Below, piece by piece: positions 52,801 through 64,000 of a stretch of 64,000 nucleotides of DNA (positions are counted from its first letter, which is position 1; every line of letters begins with the position of its first letter). The stretch comes from Takakia lepidozioides (taxonomy: Eukaryota > Plantae > Bryophyta). The stretch covers positions 41,850,001-41,914,000 of the forward strand of contig CM060734.1 in assembly GCA_030704615.1 (NCBI GenBank). The letters run 5' to 3'. The notes beneath the pieces are model-generated. The model was not told the origin of the DNA, ran no database searches, and saw nothing but the letters and a program-made list of their open reading frames with translations. A program made the translations under genes and the position numbers.

Positions 52801-55800
52801 GGCACATCCTGTCAATATCACCACCAGCATGTTATTATCTTAGCAACATACCTGCCAGGGCATTCCCTCTCCCAACACCATCAGGCCAAAACTTTGAATT
52901 AAGTCACACCTGAGGAGGTGCTAATCAGAAGCTGCTATGAAGGCACCCTCTTTATAATGATAACAGTGTATATATTATGGGAAGAATTATAAACTTCAAT
53001 ATGATAAGAATATCAAGGAAATGCTGGCACTGGCAGAGCCAACTTGCAGAGAAACACACCACCAGGCCCAGCTCCCTGGTGGATTTTACAGGCAGGACCC
53101 ATTCCTTCTGTTCTTTCTTTCTTCATTGCTTCATTAGCACAATCTTATCCAGAAGAGTGTGACCAACCTTCAGTTTAGGGTTCACCACTATGACAGGCCT
53201 TTTTCCGGCTGCAACAACCATAGCTTGCAAATCCTGCACCCAGATGCACCCAGAAAAATATTTTTGATATTTTGAGGAAGACACCAGGCGACAGAGGAAG
53301 AGAGAAGAAAAGGTGACATCCAGCATACACCTATGTGGCATTGAGCCGACAACCACTTGTAAGGCGGCTGTGTACCCTAACCACTGGGCCATCTGCTGGA
53401 TGCTGCTTCCGAGAAAGACAGAGAGAGTAGTGATTGCCACAGACCAGGAACTGTAGCAGTTGCAGCATAGTAAAATCTGCTTTAATGGCTAGTGCTGCCC
53501 TGCTAGAGAAGAGGAAAAAGTTGTCGCAATGAAGGTGGGAACTCCCTCCTTGCAGTACCACAGTCAAGGTGAAATCCGTACACTCTAGTCTATGACTCAC
53601 CTTACAAGCACCCCAGCAAGAAAATTTCACCACTAATTACGGGAAACAAGATACCTCAATAATACAATTCCCGACTGCATTCTGAGGGGCCATAAGAATG
53701 AACATATCATCCTCCTCTTGCACCTCTAGCGGACCTGCACAACCAGAGTAAAAAATCTAAGCTAAGAACAGCAAATGAATACTCACAGTGTCAATAAACT
53801 CTTCCATTAGGTCAAAATACAAAAGCAAAAGAGGCATGAAAAATGCAGGCCTTGCCAGTGCCAGCATATCTTCAGTACATTTTTCCACAAGAGGACTATT
53901 GCCTTCTGTCAGAGGTGAGGATTCTTTATCAGTAACATTTACAACCAGAGCTTTTAGTGTCTGGATTATCTCCACAACCCACACTGAAAAGTCCACATGA
54001 GCTATGAAGGCAACAACATTGAGCTTCATGATCCTTGGTTGTGCAGTCTGAATTAAAGACCACCTGGAAGCTCAATCAGATCACTAAGATTTCTTCCTCA
54101 CAAGGGTGTAGGTCCCTCTTACTGAACATCAAGGCATACAGCTTCATGTAAGGAAGAAAACATCCACAGTAGGAAATATCATCAGCGAAAAAGTAGACAG
54201 GGAAAGGGGAAAGAGCAGCACCTACTGCACCAATGTTGACAAAGGTCCCTTTAGCACCATAGCTACCCCAGTCCATGAGCTCCAACAAACGGCGTGTGCC
54301 TGCCAGCTGTAACGGCATGCCTGCAGACATTCCCTCTCCCATTGCTCCTTGTACACACACCTGCACACTTAACATAGGTCACAACTCAAATTCTGGTAGT
54401 GCTCACACTGGACTGTCTTGAGACAACATATAAAGGAGGGTGTCAGTTCTACTCCATCTTTCCACTGACTTCCAAGCACCTTGCAACAATTGGAATGCAC
54501 TAAAACATTTTGTTGTTAAGTTTGCCAATGCAGTAAACTGTTCCAAGTGATCCCATGCACAATTGGCAAATGGCTTCAAAGTAGATTAAGCTGACTCTGG
54601 TGCTGAAGAAATGATCCCAGCTGACCAATTTTGTCAGATCAAGTACAAACCTCTGGTTTTTTTTTTAAATACACCAAAGGCAGAACAAAGTGCAGTTTCT
54701 CCATCTAGAATCATGACTACAACAAATTTACATACCCGCACACGCTTTCCATCATTGGCAAACGTGAAAGCGAGCTCTCTCACAAGTTCCAACAGTGTCC
54801 CAATCCTATACACATCCTGCATCACAATCAACTCAGGCAATAAGCTCTCACCCACACACATGCAACAGAAACATGGATCGAAATTTGTAAACAGCTGTTA
54901 ATTAGAGCCATAAAAAACCATCGTTGCCAACAGTGTTGATGAACAGAAATACAAAACTGAACACTTACTCTCATCATCTGAATGTAAAAGAGATGGAGAC
55001 ATTGACTCTTATACTCTTCTCAGCAGACACATATAGGAAAGTCTGGGCACTGCTTACCATCTCAGGGTTCAGCTCTGGAATTGTAATCTGAACCTGCTCA
55101 GATGAAGAAAGATGTCAAAGATGCACTTCCTGGAGTTAATTGGGTACATTCATAACCATCGATTCCTAGGTTAAATTCCAGTCAAGACCACCAACCAAAT
55201 GCAGATCCCAGATGAAAATAACCTCAATAGTTGAATAAGATGAGCAACCTGACTACTCTGCTTTTATGCAGAGGAACCACCAACCAAAATGGATTATAGA
55301 TATTATGAGACAAAGTGCATACGGTCATCACCGGACCGAATGCCCTGTATCTGCCTCACGCCAGAGTCCAGCAAAGTTCCAAACAAACAGCTCTGGCCTA
55401 CCTTGAGCTTATCCAGACCATCTTCAACAGCCCTCTTGGTGGCTTCACACACATCTTTGTAAAAATACTGCCGAATCTCTCTAGTGTGCGGACATGTGTT
55501 CAGTTTCGTTGGTATCCCTCTCCAACTCTCCTGCAAACTTTCCCACAAGCAGAACTTGAGGATTGAAGTGCAGCATGGAGACCCATAACGAGTGCAAAGT
55601 TGGTGACTTTGGTAGAGTTAAAGAAGACTGGTCATATGGTGAATCTAATCAACATGAACAATACATCATTAAAAGTGCAGGGTTAAGAGAGTAATTGTAG
55701 GCAGTGTAACTCACAGCCTGCATCCCTGCAACACAGATGTGGTGTTATACCTATGGGAACAACATCTGGCAGCCTTCTCCCTGGGCATTCATTTGCTGCA

Positions 55801-58800
55801 AGGCTCCAAAAGACATGCACACTACTTACAAAATACAAACTTGAGGGAAGTAGCTCACCTTGGCAGCCTCATGAGATATAGGAGAGCCATTGGTGACTGT
55901 CTGATGACAAAAATTGTCATCCAGGAGTAGCCATGCACACCCACCAGACACACACGCAACCACCTCAGCCACCCCAAAGGTAGAACCAATGGAAGTAGCA
56001 GCGTCACCCATATTGATAGGGGGCAAGGCGAATGGAAAAAGTGGGACACTGTAAGGGAGTGGACTCTTACAGACATAGTTGTACTGTCAGAGACCAGCTA
56101 AGAGGCAGAAACGAAAGGTACAAACCAGTGGCTCACATGCCACTAGACTATGCAGACAATCTAGTGGTTAGGAATGTTTCCGTTGGCAAGCTTTGACATC
56201 AGATCCCACCAAAGATCCATTCAATTATTCCTGATGGGAGATCTCAGATGGCCCTTCCTCTGGATGTGAAGTTTATTGCTAATGAGAGACTACGAGACAT
56301 TCGACTTGGTGAATGGGAACTTAGACTTAGCAGCCAGGTTATTAGGTCACACACCCCTCTCTATAGCAGCACCTGCCCATCTCTCTTGAGCAGCAGCCTC
56401 AGTGCCTTCTCAAAACCAGGAGACCTGCGTCCCCAGAATGTCCCACAAGAGGTTGGTCTTCATATCTATGCATACATGTTAGATTCAGTAGTAAAATGGA
56501 CCACATTCAGTATAATTCAACCAACCGGGTCTTCAGATAAGGTCTTTCCTACGTCAAAGCTGCAAACTTTACAAGAAAGTGCGGACCAGCAGTGAGAGCT
56601 CTCACAGATATGTCAGATAACTTTCCTGGGGGAAGGGGTATTTTGTAGTTAAAAACCAGCCTCAATTTTTATGCAATGTACAGGTTGGAAGGTAATTTTC
56701 TGGCAGTATTAGACCAAGGTATGCTGGCATGTTGTTCCTCTTGTCTTCTTCTCTCCCCCGCATAATTAGTTCCAGACTAGATATAGTATACACAGCCACA
56801 GCTAACCCTTGACGATCACAGACAACAAGCAAAAAGAAAGCAACACCAGCCGGACTTCCCCAGGACACCACCTGAATGGACAATGCGATCTCAGGTGCAT
56901 CTTTTCAGAATCTAAACACTTCCCCTTCTCATGCAAGAAGAGTGGACAAGAAATTTCTTCAAAGGTTTGCCTAGGTATACAGAGTCTCAGGAGCCATACA
57001 CAAAGAATACAATATAAAGCTATGCAAGCAGATTACACATCCCTTCAAGAAACAAAGATTACCCTGTACAACTTTCAACTTAGAATGTACTGGTAGCATT
57101 AGTAACCCTATCTCACTATGGACAAATGCTCAAGGACATAAACAACCTTCAATTGTCCAGGCAGTGCAGTGTGCCATTGAAGTGCACCATTCCAAGACTG
57201 GGTTTCAGCAGAATAGGAGGATTGCAGACAAGTGTCTTCAATATCCCACGGCTTTTGGATTCCAACTAAACATTTGTTTGCTAAGGAACCAGACAAGATT
57301 ATACTGATTCATCAACTACAGTGACTTGCACTTTCCCTACAAAAACAGGTACACTTCATGTTGCAAACCCATATACAAAGAGTACATCTGCAAGCATGCC
57401 ATGAAGTTACCAGGTATCACATGGGTCCTAGGTTCCAAGTGAAAAACCTTATCACACAATTATGGGACACTTCAGCCGTTGTTAGGTCAAAATATGGCAT
57501 TTCCAGCCTTCAAAAGTTTTTAGAGAAAGTTCTGAAGAGAGCAACTAATACTAATTCAAAAATACTTTCATCTGGAACAAGCAACCCGTACTTCCATTAT
57601 TGACAGAACCTCTGCCACAAAGTTGAGAGCCCGTCTTGCATTTACTTCCAGAAGATAAATATTACCCACAGATCAGTATCATACAATCTGCTGCCCAAAG
57701 AATCGATCTCTAAGAGATTGCCAGCTTATTGCTAGAGGTCTGCAGTGGTCTCTGTGAGCCCACTGGAGATAAGAAGGCTTCCAGCCACCATAGTTCAGCG
57801 TTCCTACTGGTTTCCCTCCACACCAATACTTGCGCAGACCAGCCGAAAGAGATTAAGAAGTCAAAAATCTGTACAAATATTGTGATTGCTCAAACATATT
57901 GCAGCTATGAACCCGCAGCAGCAACTGGAGCACCGACCTCCTCAAGCTGCTCTTCTTGGAACTCGGAGATTAGCTTCTCAATTTCCGCAAAAACAACATC
58001 TTTTGGTCGGTTCCCATCCACCTGCACAGCACAATATGTCAAATCAACCTTTGCATTGCCTTTGACTGTCAGCAGAATGTCATTGGTCAGGTATTGCAAA
58101 AAGACAACAACTTACAAGTCAAATTTGACTCAATTTAGTGATCCTCCAACTGTCACTTCAACACAATCTTTCAACTAGAGCTTTCCAGGCCAGGGGGACA
58201 ACAGAGCCGTATGGAGGAGGCAATCCAAGGGAGGATATGTCAACAGCCACTCACTCGCTTGATGATATCCTTGTAGACATCAAGCACTGCATCCACATTC
58301 GCTTGGTGAGTTTTCAGCCGTAGTTTAACCTGATCAACACCGCAAAGATGCAATGTCAAACCACCGACCTTAAGTCTTACGAGTCCAATCAAAGAACATC
58401 AGCCCATTGAACAGCATCACTGATTTCGGCCAATGTCAGCACCTAAATCATCTTGTTGTCTTCCAGGATTTGTGACACAATCCACACATGAATCTCTTTG
58501 CAGTGTAAATGGAAGGCTTTGTACTACTTCTGGCACAACAGTAGTTGCAGAAAATCTACTACTTCTACAGTTGAAGTTGTTGTTAGCTCACAACAAAGTC
58601 TTTGTTAGCTCACAATGTCCATAAGACCAGCTAGAGGAAAGATGAATTTTGCAAATGGAAAGCACCTGGCTATGAGACAGCTACAAGAGACTAAATTCTG
58701 TAAACACTGTTTGGGATCAATCTTTGTGCCCCACTTGTGTAATTCCATTCAGTAGTCTTTGGTTTGTTTCTTTGTTGTCCTTGGGCCCCTTCAGCTTCCC

Positions 58801-61284
58801 ATGGACATAAAAAAATTCTTTCTTTCTTGCTTGCTGACCCTCAAGACACTTTGTTGTTGGGAACAGTTCTCCTTATTCTACCTTGTCTCGGGGGCCCATG
58901 GGGACGATATTTAGTTTCTTTCTTTCTCAAACACACAAAAATGTTCCCTAACCATGACAGCCCTTGAGATTGTATCAATCCTGAACTGCAAACGGGTGCC
59001 AGCTATGCATGAGAGCTCCAATACTGTCAGACAGACTAACCTTCAGAAGTCGAGAGGGAGGCTAACTATTACATAGTAACATCACAACTTTCTGTAGGAA
59101 CAATCGATATGTGTGTGCATCTCTTTCCCATTGCTCCATATGCATGCTGCCCAGGTCATAGATACAAAGCAAGTTTTCTTCAACCCTTACCTTTTCCTCA
59201 GTGTCATCAAGCCGCTGCGTGAGGCGAGCAGCAATCTCTGGAGATTCTGGAGGAGAATACATGAGATGGTAGATCTTTCCTGTCTCTGCATCATGCCTTC
59301 TTCCAGCCACTCTTTGCACCAATATATCATGAGGCACCTGCAGATATGTAGTCACAAGGTTAACAAGATGTAGAAGCAAACACTAAACATAATTAGAATG
59401 AATTTAGAGAAAAACAGTGCTATAGTGTTCAAGACTCACAATCAAACCCCTACAAAGTTACCAAACAGTCATCAGATTCTTTTGGCACATAAGAAGCAAA
59501 TTAGGGTAGATATTCATATCCTCACATCTAGAAGGATGAAAAGTTGGGGCCTGATGTTGAGAGCCTCAAGAGCCTGTGCCTGCGACAAGCTGCGTGGATA
59601 GCCATCCAATAGCCAACCACCATTCTGCGCAATTGGTTCGAACAATCTATTCTTCACCATCTGCAGCATTTGCCAACAAGATCCCGCTTCACACATTCAT
59701 TGTCTGAGTTCACAGATTGACTGTCTTCCGTACGAGCTGACCTTAGAGGAATTTGGTAGACCTTCACACAACACATATATATAAAGTAGATTTACTTACT
59801 GCAGCGCTCCTTCAAGTATAGAGACAACAAAGGGCTCCATCTGAGCACATGCTTACTCCTACCTCTTGATCAGTAGTGACAGAGCTAATTCAAGCAGAAA
59901 GGCTTCGACCAGTAGAACAAGTTTGGCAAGAGAGAAAGTAGGAACTCTATGCACTACCATCCAATTTTACTGGAACCTAAGTAACCAGTTCCTGGAACTG
60001 AGGGAATGATAGGACATACCGTAACCACCACTTCGTCAGGAACAAGCTTGCCTCGTTGCATATACTCTTGTGCTTTCTTCCCCCATTCAGTTCCTGCTGC
60101 CACCTCTGCTCGCAACAAGTCTCCGGCTGCTATATGTGTCAACCCATACTGTCGACATACAAATTATCAGTACTACCTCCAACCTTCAGGAAAAGTAAAT
60201 ATGACCTTATAGCCGCAGTACTCCACCTGGGGGTCCAATTGGAATTGGGGTTTTGGGACCTCCATTTGGACACTTCAGATGCCACTTCTTCTCATGTAGG
60301 TTCAGCCAAACTCTCCACCAGATTTCTTCAAATTCTACAACATTTCAAAATGCGACATTCACAGGAAATCCAGGGTAACCTGAAGCATTTCGAGATACCT
60401 TTTCAAGGATCAGCTCACTTTGAGTGCCCTTTCCTGACGCTGGCGCTCCGGAGATCATAATCTTAAGTGGCTCTCGCCCTTTATTTGCTTTAGCTGAGCA
60501 CTGCAAAAAGGCATTTCCTCTTTAAAATCGTTACAGGGCAGCCACATCATGTATCGCTCCTAGTAGCAGCCTGTTTGTATTGCACTCTTCATGGTGAATT
60601 CCTTGCGCCAACCTTGAAGCTAACACAGCATTACGTCTCTCTCTCACTCCCTCTCTCTCCCCCATGAGGCACTCCGTCTCCAGACAGCGTTATGAAGAGA
60701 CCAACCGAGTCCATCAGGGAACTACGCCTTATTTGGCTCCGCCTTTACAGTCCCTTCTTCTGCCCTCTTACAAAATACATTTACCTATAAACATGATTCA
60801 TGGACCCACTCGTAGACAAGCAACAGGCGCAAATTCAGAACGGTTCATCCAGAATGTAAATTGATATGTACAAAACCAGGACATAGAAACAAAACAAGGG
60901 CAGATTTTGTCCACATGAAATTCGTCCTCACACTACGTCACCTGACTTTTCAACTTATGAAAGAGGGAGGATCGCAGCTACACACACCGGTACAGCTCGC
61001 ACATGTCTCCGTCCGCTTCTTCTCTGGCGGGCCGGCCAAAATCCATCTCCACCTAGCGAAGACCTCAAAAATGCCAAAGAGTGTTTCCTCTCAGGGACAA
61101 CATCATAGGGCCGCCTTCCCACAGCATGCAAGGGTAAAACGTAGGAGACAGACAAGGACGACGCCGATGAAGACACCACTGCCGAAGAAGTCAGGGAAGA
61201 CTGAGTCTCATGTCCAGGCGATCCACATGTGTGGTAGAGTGAGGCGGCGGGGTTCACCACCGAGAAAGCTGTGCAAGCCGCCAT
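49895..61284 (-). CDS. AMK5: Plastid adenylate kinase with C-terminal DUF1995-type domain (AMK5-like architecture)
   Basis: Ser/Arg-rich transit peptide, P-loop [34 protein letters not shown]. Then [51 protein letters not shown], ending [11 protein letters not shown] (stop at 49895-49897). Confidence 0.92.
50549..50735 (+). mobile_element. LINE family A 3' fragment in last adenylate kinase intron
   Basis: cacacagcagattga...tttctagaggatatc...caaactgggcgcggggtctatggccacaaggctaccgcaaac...gagtacatt is homologous to 15621-15820; degenerate TSD tctccctcatcc/tctccaccatcc. Confidence 0.85.
51701..51770 (-). repeat. Family C conserved core, copy 3
   Basis: agcaagagtaaattatgatgtc...cccaaatggctactgcataccgtttggaaggcgcacacctt matches 2763-2832. 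Confidence 0.7.
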
Positions 61285-61969
61285 ATCTTACGATCTAGAA
61301 TCTTATCCTTCCTTATTACCACAGCGACATTTGGAACAGGCAAATACGTATTTGTCTGCCTTCTTAGGAAGAGAGGTGATCTGATCTTCCCTGTGATATT
61401 AATTAACACATACAAGGCACACAAACAAACGAAATCACTCCACAAATTCAACCTCTGCTTCGACCTCAACACTGTCAACCACGGTGAGCCGCTGCTGCAA
61501 GAATGAGGTTCTAAGACCAGCGATTGAAATATGCATGGAGTTCCCTAATATCTCACAAAGAAATGCATTGCGACGACCTTGAACCACACCAGAAGAGCGT
61601 AGGACAAGACACCAGGGAGGAATTGGAACAAGAATGAGCGACTTGGGAGAGAGATGGCCACAAAAGCAGGATTCGGAAAGATACCGACGACAGCTCTCCG
61701 TTATCCCGTGACCGATATTCGCTACACACAGTAAAAACCAGCAGCCAACAACAAGACCGCGCATCTCTCGATCCCAGGACTCAGGATGGTAGCATTCAAT
61801 CCTCTGGATGCAAACTCCATACATTCATCCTATCTGCCCTTAGTGTTGGACTTTTGATCCACCACGTTGTCTTTTGTGCACGGGATTGGGACATGACCAG
61901 TCGGTGGAGGACAGGTGGGCATATGTGAGCTGGGACAGGACTGCTAGAATTATTCCGATCGCCACCGAC

Positions 61970-62621
61970 TTTTTCTTTTCTTTTCTTTTTTTCCCAAGGA
62001 AACACCAGCCCCAGCAACTGGGCCTTGAGGGGGAAAATAAACCTCTTTCAGAGCCATGGAGGCATTGTAGGCCTCAGAATTTTGTGTGGCCTCGTCGTAA
62101 TGAGGCCGCAGGTGCAGAGGAAACAGAACCTGACAGCGGCCCCGCTACATTAAAAGGATCCCTATTCCCCTGTTCCTCTTATATATCGAAAAAACGTCGA
62201 GCTGTTGCCAAGACGGAGGTTGTGGTCTGGTGGTAGGTCGATGGCTGTAGGTCTCGGGTTCCATTCCTTGAACGTAGTTCCGGTGGTTGTCGCTTAATGA
62301 AACTACCTCCATGGAGGTGGTATGCAACTACTCTCATGCAGGTAGTTCAGCTTGGTTTTGCAACTACCTTCATGTAGAAAATCCTAAAACTACCTGCATG
62401 GAGGTAGTTGTAAAATTCATTCTAAGTCCTTTACGCATGAAGGTAGTTTGCTCCTATATTAATGAGACGGCCTGACGGTCGTCTGACCAGCCTCATAACG
62501 ACGAGGCCACACAAAATTCTGAGCGGCATTGTAGGGGCAGAGCCGCACAGATGACAGGGGTTTCGAACCTCAGACCACAGGTCGTCATACGATTGGCTTA
62601 CCACCGGGCCACAGCCGCCCC
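61970..62621 (-). mobile_element. tRNA-derived SINE (~190 bp net) interrupted by a MITE
   Basis: Minus strand A-box TGGCCCGGTGG (62611-62601) and B-box GGTTCGAAACC (62569-62559); body continues across the MITE to an A-rich tail at 61970-61992. Confidence 0.75.
62071..62524. mobile_element. MITE with ~34-bp TIRs and 10-11-bp TSD (Mutator-like)
   Basis: CTCAGAATTTTGTGTGGCCTCGTCGTAATGAGGC (62073-62106) versus GCCTCATAACGACGAGGCCACACAAAATTCTGAG (62490-62523); TSD GGCATTGTAG(G) at 62061 and 62525. Confidence 0.9.
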
Positions 62622-62699
62622 TGTGGTATACCTTTTTTCTTTTTTTCTTTTTATATTGGAGATGAGATGAGATTGAGATTGCAGTGCAGAGTGTGAAAA

Positions 62700-63400
62700 T
62701 AGGTCATTTGGCGTCGGGGCGGGCGTGGAACGGTCACCGGAATAATAGCTGCAGGACCGGTGACGTGGCATACTTTTTGCTCTCGAGACACTAGGCCCTA
62801 GTGACTAGTGAGTCACTAACCTACTATCCGTCCCCTGTTTTCTTTCTGGGCGCCCGTGTGCGTGAGCGTGTGAGGGAGAGAGAGAGAGAGAGAGAGAAGA
62901 GTGAGGACGCGTTTTGGCAGCGCTGCTTTGGAGCAGGCATCATCGAATCTGCAATTGTTCTTTCAATTATGCGGAGGGGTCTTGCATGGAAGGTTAGGTC
63001 ATGCTTCTCTCTCTGTGTCTCTCTCGCACTGTTTGCTCTGCTAGCCGTGTGTTGTGTTCCTGTCGTCTTTCAATGTTTTTTCACCAACGTGTATCTGTCC
63101 TTCATTGACGCCAGGTTAGCTGCTTTTTCTTGACCCCTGTTGCTCCCTCTGTTTTGCCGCTCTCTGCTTGCCGCTGTGGACACCTTTCTAGGCTTACTCA
63201 GCTCTTGAAGGCGCTGTTTGTGGTGAGGGAGCTGCAGAGATGGCTCCCGAAAACCGATCGTCTGGAAAAATCTGGAATTCATGGGCTGGAGAAGGGTTTT
63301 GGAAAACCTCCACCAGTATTAAACTTGCGTGGATTCCTTCGGAAGAGTTCCTCGCTTCGTTTTAATTCTACCTTATCTGTGCATTTGAACTCCGCGGTGC
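62700..63400 (+). promoter_or_regulatory. Probable promoter/5' UTR of a downstream + strand gene (CDS not visible in window)
   Basis: CpG-rich segment, TGACGTGGCA G-box/ABRE-like site at 62761, (GA)n tract ~62875-62897, then T-rich intron-like sequence. Confidence 0.4.
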
Positions 63401-64000
63401 GGTTCTTATGTTTCCTCTCTGATTATGTGTTCATAGAATTAATTTCATTTCCTTACCTATTTCCCTCCGCCAAATTGAAGCTCTACCTGTGCTTAACTGC
63501 GGCTTGGGTCCTTCATTCACGGATTGGCATAGGTGGATAGATTTGCGCTGACCATTTCCTACCAAGCACGGAACTGTGAAGGGAAAAGTATCTTCCCCTT
63601 TGTGGTGTCTGAGCTAGCACCTGATGCTAACACCTGGCTCGTCATTATCATGAAATATTCTGTTGGGTGTGTCTCGTTCTTCTCAAACTGCTTGGCTGTT
63701 TCGTTTCCACCTTGAATGTGTTACTCCACACTCAACGTTCTTGTCTAGCAAAATTGTAGTTGCGTTTTGAGTAAGTCTGATCTTGTAGAGTTTCCTTGTA
63801 CAACAGACTCCTCTCCCCCCCTCTGCATGTGTTCTCTCCAGAGGTAGTGAATCTGCTTCCTATCTTATTGCATGAGCATAGGAGGGGCGGGAATTTGTAG
63901 TGTGTATGTATCTGCTTTGGATAACTTCCAGTTTTGACAAGCTCAGAGGAACAGGTATGGCCAGGCTGTCTGGTTTTGCAGAAAGGTCCCATTGTGTTTT

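Noticed and set aside
62301-62448. Palindromic repeat array as a CRISPR array
   Set aside because: Eukaryotic context, spacers only ~3-17 bp, no cas genes, lies within a TIR element.
62540-62621. Functional tRNA gene
   Set aside because: A and B boxes are present but I could not form a proper acceptor or anticodon stem; it continues into a SINE body and A-rich tail.

Overview
Eukaryotic, intron-rich nuclear DNA from a green-plant lineage that still makes flagellated cells (it carries the axonemal ruler gene CCDC39), so probably a bryophyte, lycophyte, fern or streptophyte alga; the taxon is inferred. Five recognisable spliced genes were reconstructed by eye. They are CCDC39 (-, 902-10448), an importin-beta of the importin-13/transportin-SR type (+, 11150-27886), membralin (-, 30562-39162), a GRIK/SnAK-type SnRK1-activating kinase (-, 42411-47156) and a plastid adenylate kinase with a DUF1995-type C-terminal half (-, 49895-61284). 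The window ends in the probable 5' region of another + strand gene. Introns hold a near full-length but disabled APE-RT LINE (family A, 15621-20411) with four short relatives, several 3' fragments of a second, (CATTT)n-tailed LINE (family B), two tRNA-like SINE families and two MITEs. Best novel candidates: (1) an unannotated two-exon gene (-, 28641-29615) for a secreted peptide with two tandem Cys-rich domains; (2) the adenylate kinase gene may encode both a short AMK2-type and a long AMK5-type enzyme; (3) LINE family A is tail-less and has a single ORF with three 47-aa repeats carrying a KVYTRR motif, plus a covarying hairpin present at both ends. Exon boundaries were read manually and some may be off by a few bases; no database searches were run.
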